The notes under the pieces are model-generated. The model saw only the letters and a program-made list of their open reading frames with translations. It was not told the origin of the DNA and did no database searches. Of a DNA stretch of 60,108 bases, positions 27,560 through 37,631 are shown piece after piece. Every line of letters starts with the position of its first letter. Position 1 is the first letter of the stretch. The position numbers and the translations under genes were made by a program. Origin of the DNA: an uncultured Cellvibrionales bacterium (GTDB lineage: Bacteria > Pseudomonadota > Gammaproteobacteria > Pseudomonadales > Cellvibrionaceae); contig CAWVSV010000001.1 of the NCBI GenBank assembly GCA_963933095.1, positions 1 to 60,108 of the forward strand. Direction: 5' to 3'.

Positions 27560-27640
27560 GCACGCAAAGCCGAGTGGTAAAACGAAACATATTACCCGCC
27601 TCTGGCGGAAATTATAAATGTATAGAATTGAGAGCTAAAT

Positions 27641-28111
27641 ATGTCTAACTACACAGTAATTGAAGGCGATTTTGTTAATACCTCTGGCAAGTACGCACTG
27701 ATAGTTAGTCGCTGGAACAGCTTTGTAGTTGAGGCGCTCAAAGATGGCGCTCTCGATACTTTGCGTCGCCAAGGTGTAAAAGACCAAGATATCACGATTT
27801 ATTACGCCCCCGGCGCATTTGAATTTCCGCTGGTGGCCCAAAAAATCGCCTCCACCAAAAAGTTTGACGCCATTATTGCCCTTGGCGCGGTGATTCGCGG
27901 TGGTACTCCGCACTTTGAATACGTGGCGGGCGAGTGCACTAAAGGTTTGGCGCAAGTCTCTATGGATTCCGGTATCCCAGTCAGCTTCGGTGTGCTGACT
28001 GTTGATTCCATCGAACAGGCCATCGAGCGCTCTGGTACCAAGGCTGGCAACAAAGGCTGTGAAGCTGCGCATACCGCCCTAGAAATGGTCTCCCTTTTTT
28101 CTAAGGTATAG
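27641..28111 (+). CDS. ribH: 6,7-dimethyl-8-ribityllumazine synthase
   Basis: 156 aa. Motifs: [34 protein letters not shown]. Confidence 0.95.
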   Translation: MSNYTVIEGDFVNTSGKYALIVSRWNSFVVEALKDGALDTLRRQGVKDQDITIYYAPGAFEFPLVAQKIASTKKFDAIIALGAVIRGGTPHFEYVAGECTKGLAQVSMDSGIPVSFGVLTVDSIEQAIERSGTKAGNKGCEAAHTALEMVSLFSKV

Positions 28112-28275
28112 CCTGTCCTTTTCCCGTGAGCTTCGGCGATGCGGTGCTCGAATCATCGTGTATTACATATACGCGATAATTCTGCGCTCCCCGTCTTCTA
28201 ATTCACGGGAAGACGTCCTCGCTTCTCCCATTGGAAAATGGTGCTAGCAATCGAAATCGAAATCGAGATTAAACA

Positions 28276-28722
28276 ATGAACGTATCCCCCGCAATGCGCC
28301 GCAAGGCTCGCCACTACGCTATGCAGTCGCTGTACCAGTGGCATATGGCTGGTGCCAGCCTCAATGTAATCGAGAACGAGTACAAGAACGACAATGATAT
28401 GAGCAAGGTCGATGTCGGATACTTTCACGAACTGCTGCACAATACGGCCAAGAACTTGGGTGATATCGAAGCCTTATTTGGTCCGCATCTGCAGGAGCGC
28501 TCGATTGCAGAACTCGACCCGATTACTATGGCGCTTTTGCGCATGTCTACTTATGAACTTAAGTATCGCTTGGATGTGCCCTACAAAGTGGTGATCAACG
28601 AATCGGTCACTCTGGCGAAAAAGTTTGGTGCTACTGACGCGCACAAGTTTATCAATGGCGTGCTCGATTGTACCGCTGCGGATGCGCGTAAAGTTGAAGT
28701 GGCTGCTGATCGTAAGCGTTAA
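28276..28722 (+). CDS. nusB: Transcription antitermination factor NusB
   Basis: 148 aa. RRKARHYAMQSLYQW is the typical NusB N-terminus. The position after ribH is conserved. Confidence 0.95.
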   Translation: MNVSPAMRRKARHYAMQSLYQWHMAGASLNVIENEYKNDNDMSKVDVGYFHELLHNTAKNLGDIEALFGPHLQERSIAELDPITMALLRMSTYELKYRLDVPYKVVINESVTLAKKFGATDAHKFINGVLDCTAADARKVEVAADRKR

Positions 28723-28748
28723 CAGAGAGCTTCTTTCCCCATCAAAAT

Positions 28749-28771
28749 ACCCGGTTATTCCGGGTGTTTTT
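28749..28771 (+). terminator. Short intrinsic terminator or attenuator hairpin between nusB and thiL
   Basis: ACCCGG-ttatt-CCGGGT followed by GTTTTTGT. It lies 27 nt after the nusB stop and 24 nt before the thiL ATG. Confidence 0.55.
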
Positions 28772-28794
28772 GTATTATAAGAAAGGTTTTTTGA

Positions 28795-29754
28795 ATGGCA
28801 GTCGGTGAGTTTGATTTAATCAAACGTTATTTTGCACGCAGCGCGCACCGCCGAGGTGTGGCATTGGGCATTGGCGATGACTGTGCGCTGTTAGATATAC
28901 CTGCGGGCAAGCAGTTGGCGGTATCGATGGATACCTTGGTGGCTGGCGTACATTTTCCTGCCGACGCCAGCTCTCGGCTGATTGCCGAGCGCGCTTTGCG
29001 CGTGAATTTGAGTGATCTTGCTGCCATGGGCGCCGAGCCTCTGTGGTTTACTCTAGGGCTAACGCTGCCCGAGGCTAACCCTGATTGGTTAAAAGACTTT
29101 AGTGTCGGTTTGTTTGCCGCCGCCGATGAATTTAATTGTGTGTTGGTCGGTGGTGATACGACCCGCGGGCCGTTGAGCATGACTCTTCAAGTTCACGGCG
29201 CGGTCGACAGTAAACATGCTTTGCGTCGCTCGGGCGCCCGTATAGGTGACCTGGTCTGTGTCACGGGTTGTCTGGGAGACGGCGCCGCGGCGTTGGCCGT
29301 TATTCAGGATAAGTTGTGGCCCGGTGCGGCTGCACGTGAGTATTTACTCGACCGCTTTTACAGGCCGAGGCCACAATTGGTTGAAGGACAGCTGCTGCTA
29401 GGGTTGGCTTCAGCCGCGCTGGATATCTCCGATGGTCTTGTGGCCGATTTAGGACATATCTGTGAGTGCAGTAAAGTTGGCGCTGTAATTGATATGGAGC
29501 GCTTACCATTATCGAACGCCATGCGAGCCAATGTTGGCGTCGAGCAGGCCAAGACTTGGGCGCTGGCTGGCGGCGATGACTATCAGCTTTGCTTTACTTT
29601 GCCGCCTGCTAAGCAACTTGCTTTGCAGGCATTTATTGATAGCGGCCAGTTGCAGGCGACAATTATCGGCGAGATAGTCGCGGGTAGCGGCGTGATATGC
29701 CGTAGTGAGGGGGTCGAAGTTAATTTATCCACAACAGGTTACAATCATTTTTAG
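28795..29754 (+). CDS. thiL: Thiamine-monophosphate kinase
   Basis: 319 aa. Motifs: GEFDLIKRYF, IGDDCALL, MDTLVAGVHF, GGDTTRGPL (AIR-synthase-related fold). Confidence 0.93.
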   Translation: MAVGEFDLIKRYFARSAHRRGVALGIGDDCALLDIPAGKQLAVSMDTLVAGVHFPADASSRLIAERALRVNLSDLAAMGAEPLWFTLGLTLPEANPDWLKDFSVGLFAAADEFNCVLVGGDTTRGPLSMTLQVHGAVDSKHALRRSGARIGDLVCVTGCLGDGAAALAVIQDKLWPGAAAREYLLDRFYRPRPQLVEGQLLLGLASAALDISDGLVADLGHICECSKVGAVIDMERLPLSNAMRANVGVEQAKTWALAGGDDYQLCFTLPPAKQLALQAFIDSGQLQATIIGEIVAGSGVICRSEGVEVNLSTTGYNHF

Positions 29755-29777
29755 CCGCCTAAATTAAGAACATTATT

Positions 29778-30293
29778 ATGAGCTCAATTAATACCCCAAC
29801 CTTTAAACAGCTTTTTAGCCATCCGACGCATTTCTGGGCTTTCGGTTTTGGCTCTGGGCTTGTCCCCAAAGCGCCGGGCACATTTGGCACTTTGGCCGCC
29901 ATACCCATCTACTTGCTCATTCAGGATTGGTCACTGTGGCTATATTTACCTTTTTTGCTGCTCACCTACGCTGTTGGGGTATGGTTTTGCGATCGCTCCA
30001 GCAAAGACCTCGGGGTACACGACCACGGTGGTATTGTCTGGGATGAAATGGTCGGCTATTGGCTAACCATGTTATTAGCCCCCAAAGGATGGCTATGGAT
30101 TTTACTGGGTTTTGTGCTGTTTCGTATTTTCGATATATTTAAGCCTTGGCCTATAGGCCCAGTGGATGCCAAAATTCACGGTGGCATGGGTATTATGCTG
30201 GATGATGTGCTGGCGGCAGTTTATGCTGGTATTGGGTTACAGGCGCTAGCTTGGTATTTTCAAGCCGGTATATTTACTGTCCCTGTTTTTTAA
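29778..30293 (+). CDS. pgpA: Phosphatidylglycerophosphatase A
   Basis: 171 aa. Motifs: FGFGSGLVPKAPGTFGTLAAIP and IVWDEMVGYW...FRIFDIFKPWPI. Confidence 0.92.
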   Translation: MSSINTPTFKQLFSHPTHFWAFGFGSGLVPKAPGTFGTLAAIPIYLLIQDWSLWLYLPFLLLTYAVGVWFCDRSSKDLGVHDHGGIVWDEMVGYWLTMLLAPKGWLWILLGFVLFRIFDIFKPWPIGPVDAKIHGGMGIMLDDVLAAVYAGIGLQALAWYFQAGIFTVPVF

Positions 30294-30308
30294 ATAAAGG
30301 GCGATGGA

Positions 30309-30947
30309 ATGTTGCGAATTTTTTTTCTACTGAGTATTTTTTTACTGGCCACAGGGCTGCAAGCGGCGCCTTCTGTACAGGTTAAAGGTTTGATTGGCGG
30401 TAGCGCGGTATTACTGATTGATGGCCAACAACGTCTTTTAAAAGTGGGTAATACCAGTCCTGAGGGGGTGTCACTCATTAAAGCCGACACCAAGGGCGCA
30501 CTGGTTGAAATTGATGGAGAGCGTCATTTTTTGACCCTCTCTAATCGTATTGGCGGTAGCTATAAAAAGACATCGGCGGCTGAAGTGCGTCTAGCCAGTG
30601 GGCATGGCGGCCACTACATCACCCCTGCACGTATTAATAACCGCCCGGTGCAGGTCATGCTTGATACCGGCGCTACGTCGGTGGCAATGAATATGCAAAC
30701 CGCACAGCAGTTGGGTATAAATTATCGCGCTGGTCGCAAGAGCAGTGTATCTACTGCCAATGGTACGGCCGATTCTTTTGACGTTATGCTCGACCGCGTG
30801 ACGGTGGGTAACGTGCAGGTTCATCATGTGGCCGCCACCATAATAGTTGGCGACTCTCCTTCAATTATTTTGCTCGGAAATAGCTACTTAAGTCGTGTCA
30901 AAATGTGGCGCGATGAGGGTGTCATGGTATTGCAGTCTAAGTTGTGA
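30309..30947 (+). CDS. Retropepsin-like (clan AA) aspartic protease with an N-terminal signal or anchor
   Basis: 212 aa with a hydrophobic N-terminus. The active-site motif is MLDTGATSVAMN. The C-terminal part reads ILLGNSYLSRV, typical of bacterial retropepsin-like proteases. Confidence 0.75.
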   Translation: MLRIFFLLSIFLLATGLQAAPSVQVKGLIGGSAVLLIDGQQRLLKVGNTSPEGVSLIKADTKGALVEIDGERHFLTLSNRIGGSYKKTSAAEVRLASGHGGHYITPARINNRPVQVMLDTGATSVAMNMQTAQQLGINYRAGRKSSVSTANGTADSFDVMLDRVTVGNVQVHHVAATIIVGDSPSIILLGNSYLSRVKMWRDEGVMVLQSKL

Positions 30948-31124
30948 GCTTATTTTTTGGTGCTGGGTGAGTATTTTTATGTGTCCGTTGATAAGAATTA
31001 AGGGTACTGCCTTCAGGGCTGTAGTTTAGCCATACATCTCTGAACGCGCGTATAATCGATATTTTTCAAATTGAACTGTCCTATACTCCTCCGCAAATCC
31101 TGTTTTACTAAGTAGAATATTATT

Positions 31125-31727
31125 ATGCCAATCCGTTATGTTGAGTCCTCTAAGTTGCCTACCCCTTGGGGCATTTTTGAAATGCACGGCTTCGAGGACA
31201 GCGACAACGACAAAGAACACTTGGTGCTGTCGATGGGTGATTTACACGCCGATGAACCCTTGTTGGCGCGTATCCACTCTGAATGCCTGACCGGCGATGC
31301 ATTGTTTAGTCTGCGCTGCGACTGCGGCCCCCAACTGCAATCGGCCATGCACAAGATTGCTCAGTCCGGTCGCGGCGCTATTTTTTATCTGCGTCAGGAA
31401 GGCCGAGGCATTGGTCTGCTCAATAAGATCAAAGCCTATAAATTACAAGACAGTGGGGCTGATACTGTCGAAGCCAACGAGCAGTTGGGTTTTGGTGCGG
31501 ACATGCGAGATTATTCTATACTTAAGCCTATGTTCGAGCAGCTGGGCATTGGTGCACTGCAGCTTATGACTAATAATCCTAAAAAAATTCAAGCATTACA
31601 GGATATGGGAATCCCCATTTCTGAACGCTTGGCTCACGAAACTGGTCGCAACCCGCACAATACAAAGTACCTTGAAACCAAAAAAGGTAAATTGGGGCAT
31701 ATGCTTGACGGTGAAGACGGTAGCTAG
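31125..31727 (+). CDS. ribA: GTP cyclohydrolase II
   Basis: 200 aa. [21 protein letters not shown] contains the Zn-binding Cys triad. [15 protein letters not shown] is also present. Confidence 0.95.
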   Translation: MPIRYVESSKLPTPWGIFEMHGFEDSDNDKEHLVLSMGDLHADEPLLARIHSECLTGDALFSLRCDCGPQLQSAMHKIAQSGRGAIFYLRQEGRGIGLLNKIKAYKLQDSGADTVEANEQLGFGADMRDYSILKPMFEQLGIGALQLMTNNPKKIQALQDMGIPISERLAHETGRNPHNTKYLETKKGKLGHMLDGEDGS

Positions 31728-31738
31728 GAATAATCTAC

Positions 31739-32815
31739 ATGCTTTCAAATTGTGTCGCTGTATTAGTTGTTTTCCAGTTATGTATTTTTTCTGTTTCTGT
31801 CATAGCGCAACCAAAATGGGGTGACGAGCCTCTTTCAGCACAGTTCGACTGGATTAAGTTGACATCAGGCGAGTGGCTCAAAGGTGAACTCAAAGTTCTT
31901 TACGAAGCCGAGCTGGAATTTGACAGCGATAATCTCGGTTTACTGAGTATAGATTGGGAGGATGTGGCGGAAATTCGTTCTGCACGGGTATTGAGTGTTC
32001 GTTTTAACAATGGCAGTGAAGGCATTGGCAAAGTGTTGATGCGAGATGGACGAGTCAGCTTTAACGGTGAAAACGCTGAGGGTTACGATGCCAAGGGTAT
32101 TATGTCCATGGCCGCGGGCGGGCTCAAAGAGTCGAATTATTGGAGCGCTAAGATTGTCCTCGGCGGTAATTTTGCACGAGGCAATAGTCCGGAAAATATA
32201 CTTGATAGTAATATCGATGTTAAACGCCGCACCAATGAGAATCAGTTTCAATTTAATTATGCAGCCAACTTGCGTCAGATAAATGATGTAGAGACAGAAA
32301 ATAGTCACCGTATTAGCTCTAGTTACGACGTGTTTATCACTCAAAAACTTTTCTGGCGACCGATTTACGGCGGATATTACCGCGATAAAATTCAAAACGT
32401 TTCCAACCGAGTCACTATGGGTATGGGGGTCGGTTACCACTTAATTAATAATTCAAAAACGACGTGGAATGTAGCTGCCGGGCCAGGTTACCAGTACACT
32501 CGTTTTGTCAGTGTTAGCGACGGTGAAAATAACCCGGAAGGTTCCGGCTTGTTTATGTTTGAAACACAGTGGGATTATAAACTCAGTAAAACAATAGATC
32601 TTAACGCCCTTTATAATGTACAGATAACTAACGAGGAATTGGGCCGCTACAAGCATCACTCACTAATCGGTATAGATTACGAACTGACCGATGCATTGGA
32701 TTTTAATATCTCATTTACTTGGGATAGGACTCAAAGCCCGCAGCGTGATGAGGCCGGTGTGTTGCCCGAGCAAGACGATACTCGTATAACAGTGGGCGTA
32801 GGCTATGACTTTTAA
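31739..32815 (+). CDS. DUF481-family outer-membrane beta-barrel protein (YdiY-like)
   Basis: 358 aa with a signal peptide. Alternating beta-strand pattern ends in a terminal aromatic residue (GVGYDF). The segment GGNFARGNS...NYAANLRQ is typical of DUF481. Confidence 0.65.
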   Translation: MLSNCVAVLVVFQLCIFSVSVIAQPKWGDEPLSAQFDWIKLTSGEWLKGELKVLYEAELEFDSDNLGLLSIDWEDVAEIRSARVLSVRFNNGSEGIGKVLMRDGRVSFNGENAEGYDAKGIMSMAAGGLKESNYWSAKIVLGGNFARGNSPENILDSNIDVKRRTNENQFQFNYAANLRQINDVETENSHRISSSYDVFITQKLFWRPIYGGYYRDKIQNVSNRVTMGMGVGYHLINNSKTTWNVAAGPGYQYTRFVSVSDGENNPEGSGLFMFETQWDYKLSKTIDLNALYNVQITNEELGRYKHHSLIGIDYELTDALDFNISFTWDRTQSPQRDEAGVLPEQDDTRITVGVGYDF

Positions 32816-33170
32816 GAGGGGCGCCCCCTTGTGGCTGCTGCGCCTGCAGTTTCTGTTATGGCTGGCGATGGCTACCTACCTTTCTCTGATGGCTGTTGAA
32901 GGGACTATTGCCGAAGCGCTATGGGACAAACCTTTACATCTTTTTGGCTGGGGTGGGCTCTATATTTCACTGCAGTTAGCGTTTCGATTACAGGGGCCAG
33001 TTTTAATCGCGGCTGTGGCACTGCTAGCTTATTCTTTAGTGGTTGAAATTTTACAGGCGTCGGTTGGCCGTACCTTTTCGCTGTTAGATGTGTTGGCCAA
33101 TGGCTGCGGTATAGCCTTGGCATGCATATCTCTAGCGGCTTTAAATTGGTTTTTGAAAAAAAAGGCTTAG
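32805..33170 (+). CDS. VanZ-family membrane protein
   Basis: 121 aa with four hydrophobic helices. DKPLHLFGWGGL and EILQ....R.FSLLDVLANGCG match the VanZ-like pattern. It overlaps the upstream gene by 11 nt. Confidence 0.7.
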   Translation: MTFKRGAPLWLLRLQFLLWLAMATYLSLMAVEGTIAEALWDKPLHLFGWGGLYISLQLAFRLQGPVLIAAVALLAYSLVVEILQASVGRTFSLLDVLANGCGIALACISLAALNWFLKKKA

Positions 33171-33215
33171 CGTTATGTGGGCCTTGTGGGCAAAGTATGA
33201 GTGACGGAGGGGTTG

Positions 33216-33428
33216 ATGGGCTGGCGCTGTTTAGATTGTGGTAATAAAGCATCAAAAAAATTTCATGCTGGGCGCTGCCCCGCCTGTGATTCTTTTAATA
33301 TTCAAGGCAAGAGTAGCAAGGCCAAAGATCCAACCGAGCGCAGCGAGCGGCGTAAGAAAATTGATATTGTTGTTTTGGTAGTTTGCTGGGGTAGCTTGGG
33401 CCTATTGCTAGTAACTAAAATGTTTTAA
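33216..33428 (+). CDS. Small zinc-ribbon protein with a C-terminal TM anchor
   Basis: The ATG at 33216 is preceded by GGAGGGG; the track start GTG at 33201 sits upstream of that SD. The protein begins MGWRCLDCG...GRCPACDS, with two CxxC pairs. A basic linker and a hydrophobic tail (IVVLVVCWGSLGLLLV) follow. Confidence 0.5.
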   Translation: MGWRCLDCGNKASKKFHAGRCPACDSFNIQGKSSKAKDPTERSERRKKIDIVVLVVCWGSLGLLLVTKMF

Positions 33429-33464
33429 GCGGGGTTGCGCGGACACATTCATCCGCACATCTCG

Positions 33465-34940
33465 TTATTGCTTAGCAATAACCTCTTGGTAGAGCGCGAT
33501 GTAATCGTCTGCTGCTTTATTCCAACTAAAGTCCATGTTCATAGCGTTGCTTTGCAGCTGCTGCCACTGCTTTTTATCACTGTAAACGTCTGCGGCACGG
33601 TGCATGGCTGCAGCGAGTTCCTCGGCGTCGGCCTTGCCAAATACGAAGCCGGTTTGCAGTTTTCCATCCATACCTTCACTGACGCTATCTGCTAAACCTC
33701 CAGTGTGGCGCACCAGTGGCAGAGTGCCATATTTCAATGCATAAAGTTGAGTTAGTCCACAGGGCTCGAAGCGAGACGGAATTAACAAACAGTCACAGCC
33801 GGCTTGTAGCAAGTGTGAATAATTTTCATCGTAGCCGATAGTGACCGCAATTTGTTGAGGATGGCGCTGTGCTAATTCGAGGTATTGGGCTTCTAGCGCT
33901 TTGTCGCCACTGCCAAGCACAACCAATTGCGCGCCGCGTTCAAGTATTGACGGTAGCGCGTTAATAACTAGATCCAAGCCTTTTTGGCTGGTTAATCGAC
34001 TGACAATGCCAAATACCGGTGCAGTATTCTGTAGCGGTAAATTATTATGCTTAAGCAATGCACTGCGGTTAACGTTTTTAGCGCCAATATTGCGAAGGCC
34101 ATAATTCTTGGTAATGGCGCGGTCAGATTCTGGGTTCCAGATCGTGTAGTCGACGCCGTTTAGAATGCCGCGCAACTTATGCTTTTGTTTTTGCAGCAGC
34201 CCTTCCAAGCCGCATCCAAATTCTGTCGTCTGAATCTCATTGGCGTAGGTGGGGCTCACGGTGGTTATGGCATCGGCGTATTGGAGTGCTGCTTTTAGGG
34301 TTGAAAAATCACGATAGTATTCGAGCCCATCGACATTATAGAGTTCGGATGAAAGGCCTAGTCCGGCGTATTTCTCACCTTTGAATACACCGCTGTACAT
34401 CAAGTTGTGAATAGTAAATACCACCGGCGGACAGCGCTGCTGCCAAGTTTTAAAATAGGCAGGGATAAGACCGGCCTGCCAGTCGTGGGCATGTACCAAA
34501 TCAGCCTGCCAGCCCAGTAACTTACCGTGCAGACCTAAGGTGGCGCCGGCCCAAGACAAGACGGCAAAGCGTTGGTGGTTGTTGTCGTGGTCGCGACCGG
34601 AGGAATCTAAATAGGGGCCCGATTTTGTATCGTTCGGACTGCTATAAAGTTCAGGGCAGTCTAGTAGCCATATATCTAAGCCGTCATCGGTGTTACCGGC
34701 CAATAACGTAATCTCTCCGAAGCCAAAAGGATTGCCCAGCGCGCATACAGTATTAAGATTGTGCAGTTCACTGCTGATAAAGCTGCCGTTAGTAGTGCCC
34801 GGTATGGAGTAGTTCGGAAGTAGCAAGCGCACGTCAATATCGCTCTTTTTTAGAGCAATAGGCAGCGTTCCCGCTACATCGGCGAGGCCTCCGGTTTTAA
34901 TTAGGGGGTAGGCTTCGGAAGCGACGAAAAGAACTTTCAT
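33465..34940 (-). CDS. glgA: Glycogen synthase (ADP-glucose type)
   Basis: MKVLFVASEAYPLIKTGGLADV is the canonical GlgA N-terminus. The C-terminal motif is PSRFEPCGLTQLYALKYGT. The track start at 34955 adds 5 codons (MEITK), so the exact start is uncertain. Confidence 0.93.
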   Translation of the reverse strand: MKVLFVASEAYPLIKTGGLADVAGTLPIALKKSDIDVRLLLPNYSIPGTTNGSFISSELHNLNTVCALGNPFGFGEITLLAGNTDDGLDIWLLDCPELYSSPNDTKSGPYLDSSGRDHDNNHQRFAVLSWAGATLGLHGKLLGWQADLVHAHDWQAGLIPAYFKTWQQRCPPVVFTIHNLMYSGVFKGEKYAGLGLSSELYNVDGLEYYRDFSTLKAALQYADAITTVSPTYANEIQTTEFGCGLEGLLQKQKHKLRGILNGVDYTIWNPESDRAITKNYGLRNIGAKNVNRSALLKHNNLPLQNTAPVFGIVSRLTSQKGLDLVINALPSILERGAQLVVLGSGDKALEAQYLELAQRHPQQIAVTIGYDENYSHLLQAGCDCLLIPSRFEPCGLTQLYALKYGTLPLVRHTGGLADSVSEGMDGKLQTGFVFGKADAEELAAAMHRAADVYSDKKQWQQLQSNAMNMDFSWNKAADDYIALYQEVIAKQ

Positions 34941-35139
34941 TTTGGTGATTTCCATATAAAGAAAACTGCGCTATCTTAGTATCTGAGTAAGACGTTAATA
35001 ACGTCATTGACTTGGTGCGTGTTGACGGTGATATTACAGCTTGTTGACAATAAAATCGCGCTACAGAATTTTTAAGCCGCTGCCGAGCTATTTAATGATG
35101 GCAAGGTGACGTCAGTTAGCCGTATTACAGGGAATGATA

Positions 35140-36489
35140 ATGAAAGAAGAAGAATTAGGTAGACTCGATTTAAATACCGCACTCAATCAAACGCTTGCTA
35201 TTATTTTAGCCGGTGGTCGCGGTAGCCGTTTGAAGCAGCTTACCGATGACCGATCTAAGCCTGCTGTGCCCATTGCCGGTAAATTCAAGATTATTGATTT
35301 TCCCCTCTCCAACTGTGTTAACTCGGGTATCCGTCGCATTGGTGTGGCCACACAGTATCGCTCGCATACCTTGAATCAGCATGTGCAGCGCGGCTGGAAT
35401 TTTCTGCGCTCTGACTTTCATGAGTTTATTGAGCTTTGGCCTGCGCAGCAGCAGACCGATGAGGAGAGCTGGTACGAAGGTACTGCCGATGCGGTTTATC
35501 AAAACTTGTCGATTATCGGTGGTGTCGATCCCAAGTATATTTTGGTATTGGCCGGTGACCATGTCTATAAGCAAGACTACTCTTTGATGCTGAAGCAGCA
35601 CATTGAGTCAGAGGCGCAGATTACCGTTGGCTGTATTGAGGTCGACTCCTCCACCGCGCGTGAATTTGGTGTGATGGCAGCTGATACCGACAGCAACATT
35701 ACCGCTTTTGTTGAAAAGCCGAGCAATCCGCCAGAAATGCCAGGCAAGCCCGGCCGCAGCTTGGCCAGTATGGGTATCTATATTTTTAATGCCGATATGC
35801 TGCGTGAAGACTTGGTCAAAGATCACATGGACTCGGGTTCTACTCACGACTTCGGCAAGGATATTATTCCCTCTAGTGTTGGCAAACATAAGATTGTTGC
35901 GCACCACTTTAGCGATAGCTGCATACCTAATATTAATCACGATGAGCCTTATTGGCGCGATGTGGGCACCTTGGCGGCCTATTGGGAAGCCAATATGGAT
36001 CTGACTCGTCTGATTCCAAAGCTGGATTTGTACGATGAGCGCTGGCCGATTCGCACCGCTCATTATCAGCGCCCAGCGGCCAAGTTTAACTACAACCGTG
36101 AAGAACGTATCGGCACTGCTTTGAATTCGGTAGTGTCTGCTGGTTGTATCGTTTCGGGCGCCACCATTGAGCAGACTATTTTGTTCAATAATGTGCGCGT
36201 TAATTCATTTTGCCATCTCGAAGAATCAGTAATTCTGCCTAACTGTAACATTGGTCGTCACTGCCGGCTCAAGCGCGTTATTGTCGATGCCATGTGCAAT
36301 TTACCTGAAGGCTTAGTAATTGGTGAGGACGCCGAGCACGATGCCGAACGTTTCCATCTAAGTGCTGAAGGCATTGTTCTGGTCACCCAGAAAATGCTGG
36401 ATAAGCTCGCCGCTGACGATCTAGTGTCCACCAAGAGCGCCATGCGCCCAAAGTCTCCAGAGGAAAATAAGGTGCTGGCACAGATTTAA
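35140..36489 (+). CDS. glgC: Glucose-1-phosphate adenylyltransferase
   Basis: Motifs: [32 protein letters not shown], and a left-handed beta-helix C-terminus. ATGs lie at 35134 and 35140. SD AGGGA is spaced best for 35140. Confidence 0.93.
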   Translation: MKEEELGRLDLNTALNQTLAIILAGGRGSRLKQLTDDRSKPAVPIAGKFKIIDFPLSNCVNSGIRRIGVATQYRSHTLNQHVQRGWNFLRSDFHEFIELWPAQQQTDEESWYEGTADAVYQNLSIIGGVDPKYILVLAGDHVYKQDYSLMLKQHIESEAQITVGCIEVDSSTAREFGVMAADTDSNITAFVEKPSNPPEMPGKPGRSLASMGIYIFNADMLREDLVKDHMDSGSTHDFGKDIIPSSVGKHKIVAHHFSDSCIPNINHDEPYWRDVGTLAAYWEANMDLTRLIPKLDLYDERWPIRTAHYQRPAAKFNYNREERIGTALNSVVSAGCIVSGATIEQTILFNNVRVNSFCHLEESVILPNCNIGRHCRLKRVIVDAMCNLPEGLVIGEDAEHDAERFHLSAEGIVLVTQKMLDKLAADDLVSTKSAMRPKSPEENKVLAQI

Positions 36490-36516
36490 CAGCAAGTATT
36501 CAGCGCATAACTAAAG

Positions 36517-36552
36517 CCCCGTACTTTGTTTTCAGAGTGCGGGGTTTTTTTT
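36517..36552 (+). terminator. Rho-independent terminator of glgC
   Basis: CCCCGTACT, a 10-nt loop, AGTGCGGGG (9-bp stem with one G-U pair), then T8. Confidence 0.85.
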
Positions 36553-36751
36553 AATGTATTTTTAAAGGCTCGATAGTATGTATTCTCACAGAGGAGCCAT
36601 ATTTATCAGGGATAGCGTTAACTGTTGGGTCTTGCTTAGTAGGTTAACTTCGCTTGCGCCTTGCTCATTTAGCCATTGGAATGTTCCACTACTAAATGGG
36701 TGTCAGTTGATGATTGCGTAGCAGGCGAAGGTTTGTGTTAATATCTGCGCC

Positions 36752-37606
36752 ATGAAAACGCCCAAAAGAATACTGCCTCTCATAGAAGACGGTTTAGTCG
36801 ATGAAGTTCTGCGCCCATTAATGAGCGGCAAAGAAGCGGAAGTCTTTGTTGTGCGCTGCGGAAACGAGATTCGCTGCGCTAAAGTTTACAAAGAGGCCGC
36901 TAAACGGAGCTTTAAAAAAGCGGTGCAATATCGCGAGGGCCGCAAAGTGCGCAATAGCCGTCGCGCTCGCGCCATGGAAAAAGGCTCCAAGTTTGGCCGT
37001 AAAGAGCAGGAAGATGTTTGGCAGAATGCCGAGGTCGATGCGCTCTATAAACTTGCCGCAGCAGGGGTGCGAGTCCCCAAACCCTACGGTTGTTTCGACG
37101 GGGTGTTGTTGATGGAGTTGGTTTGCGATGACGAGGGCCGTGTAGCGCCTCGCTTAAATGACGTATCCATGACCGCCGAACAGGCTCGCGATGACCACTA
37201 TGTGGTAATGGTATACGTTATGCGTATGCTCTGTACCGGTTTGATACATGGCGATTTGTCTGAGTTTAACGTGCTGGTTGATGATTACGGTCCAGTGATT
37301 ATTGACCTGCCGCAAGCGGTAGATGCAGCGGCCAATAACAACGCATACGCCATGCTAGAGCGCGATGTGGCTAATATGACTCACTATTACGGTCAGTATG
37401 CTCCCGACCTGCTTAAGACCCGCTATGCCGATGAAATCTGGGCGCTATTCGAAGATGCTGCTCTTGACCCCGATCTGGAATTGACCGGTGAGTTTGAAGA
37501 TAGCTCCGATCTGGCCGATGTCGACGGCGTACTGGAAGAGATCAAAGCTGCTTTTGCGGAAGAAGAAGAGCGTAAAGAGCGTATCCGAGAAGCAGAAGAA
37601 GGCTGA
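36752..37606 (+). CDS. RIO1-family atypical serine protein kinase
   Basis: 284 aa. Motifs: LMSGKEAEVFVV...AKVYK, HGDLSEFNVLV, IIDLPQAVD. The C-terminal tail is acidic. Confidence 0.85.
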   Translation: MKTPKRILPLIEDGLVDEVLRPLMSGKEAEVFVVRCGNEIRCAKVYKEAAKRSFKKAVQYREGRKVRNSRRARAMEKGSKFGRKEQEDVWQNAEVDALYKLAAAGVRVPKPYGCFDGVLLMELVCDDEGRVAPRLNDVSMTAEQARDDHYVVMVYVMRMLCTGLIHGDLSEFNVLVDDYGPVIIDLPQAVDAAANNNAYAMLERDVANMTHYYGQYAPDLLKTRYADEIWALFEDAALDPDLELTGEFEDSSDLADVDGVLEEIKAAFAEEEERKERIREAEEG

Positions 37607-37631
37607 TCATAGCCTGTGAGAGATAAATACT

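Noticed and set aside
25364-28072. Long minus-strand ORFs antisense to ribD/ribE (25364-25789, 141 aa) and ribH (27635-28072, 145 aa)
   Set aside because: They are fully embedded antisense in highly conserved genes. Their products are low-complexity and have no motifs.
24503-31124. An FMN riboswitch (RFN element) upstream of any rib gene
   Set aside because: I inspected the leaders of ribD, ribE, ribB, ribH and ribA. None contains the conserved RFN core strings. The intergenic regions are too short or unrelated.
31940-36063. Antisense ORFs 31940-32440 (166 aa), 32905-33255 (116 aa), 35206-35601 (131 aa) and 35608-36063 (151 aa)
   Set aside because: They lie opposite the DUF481, VanZ and glgC coding regions, which have clear family signatures. 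The antisense products have no independent support.
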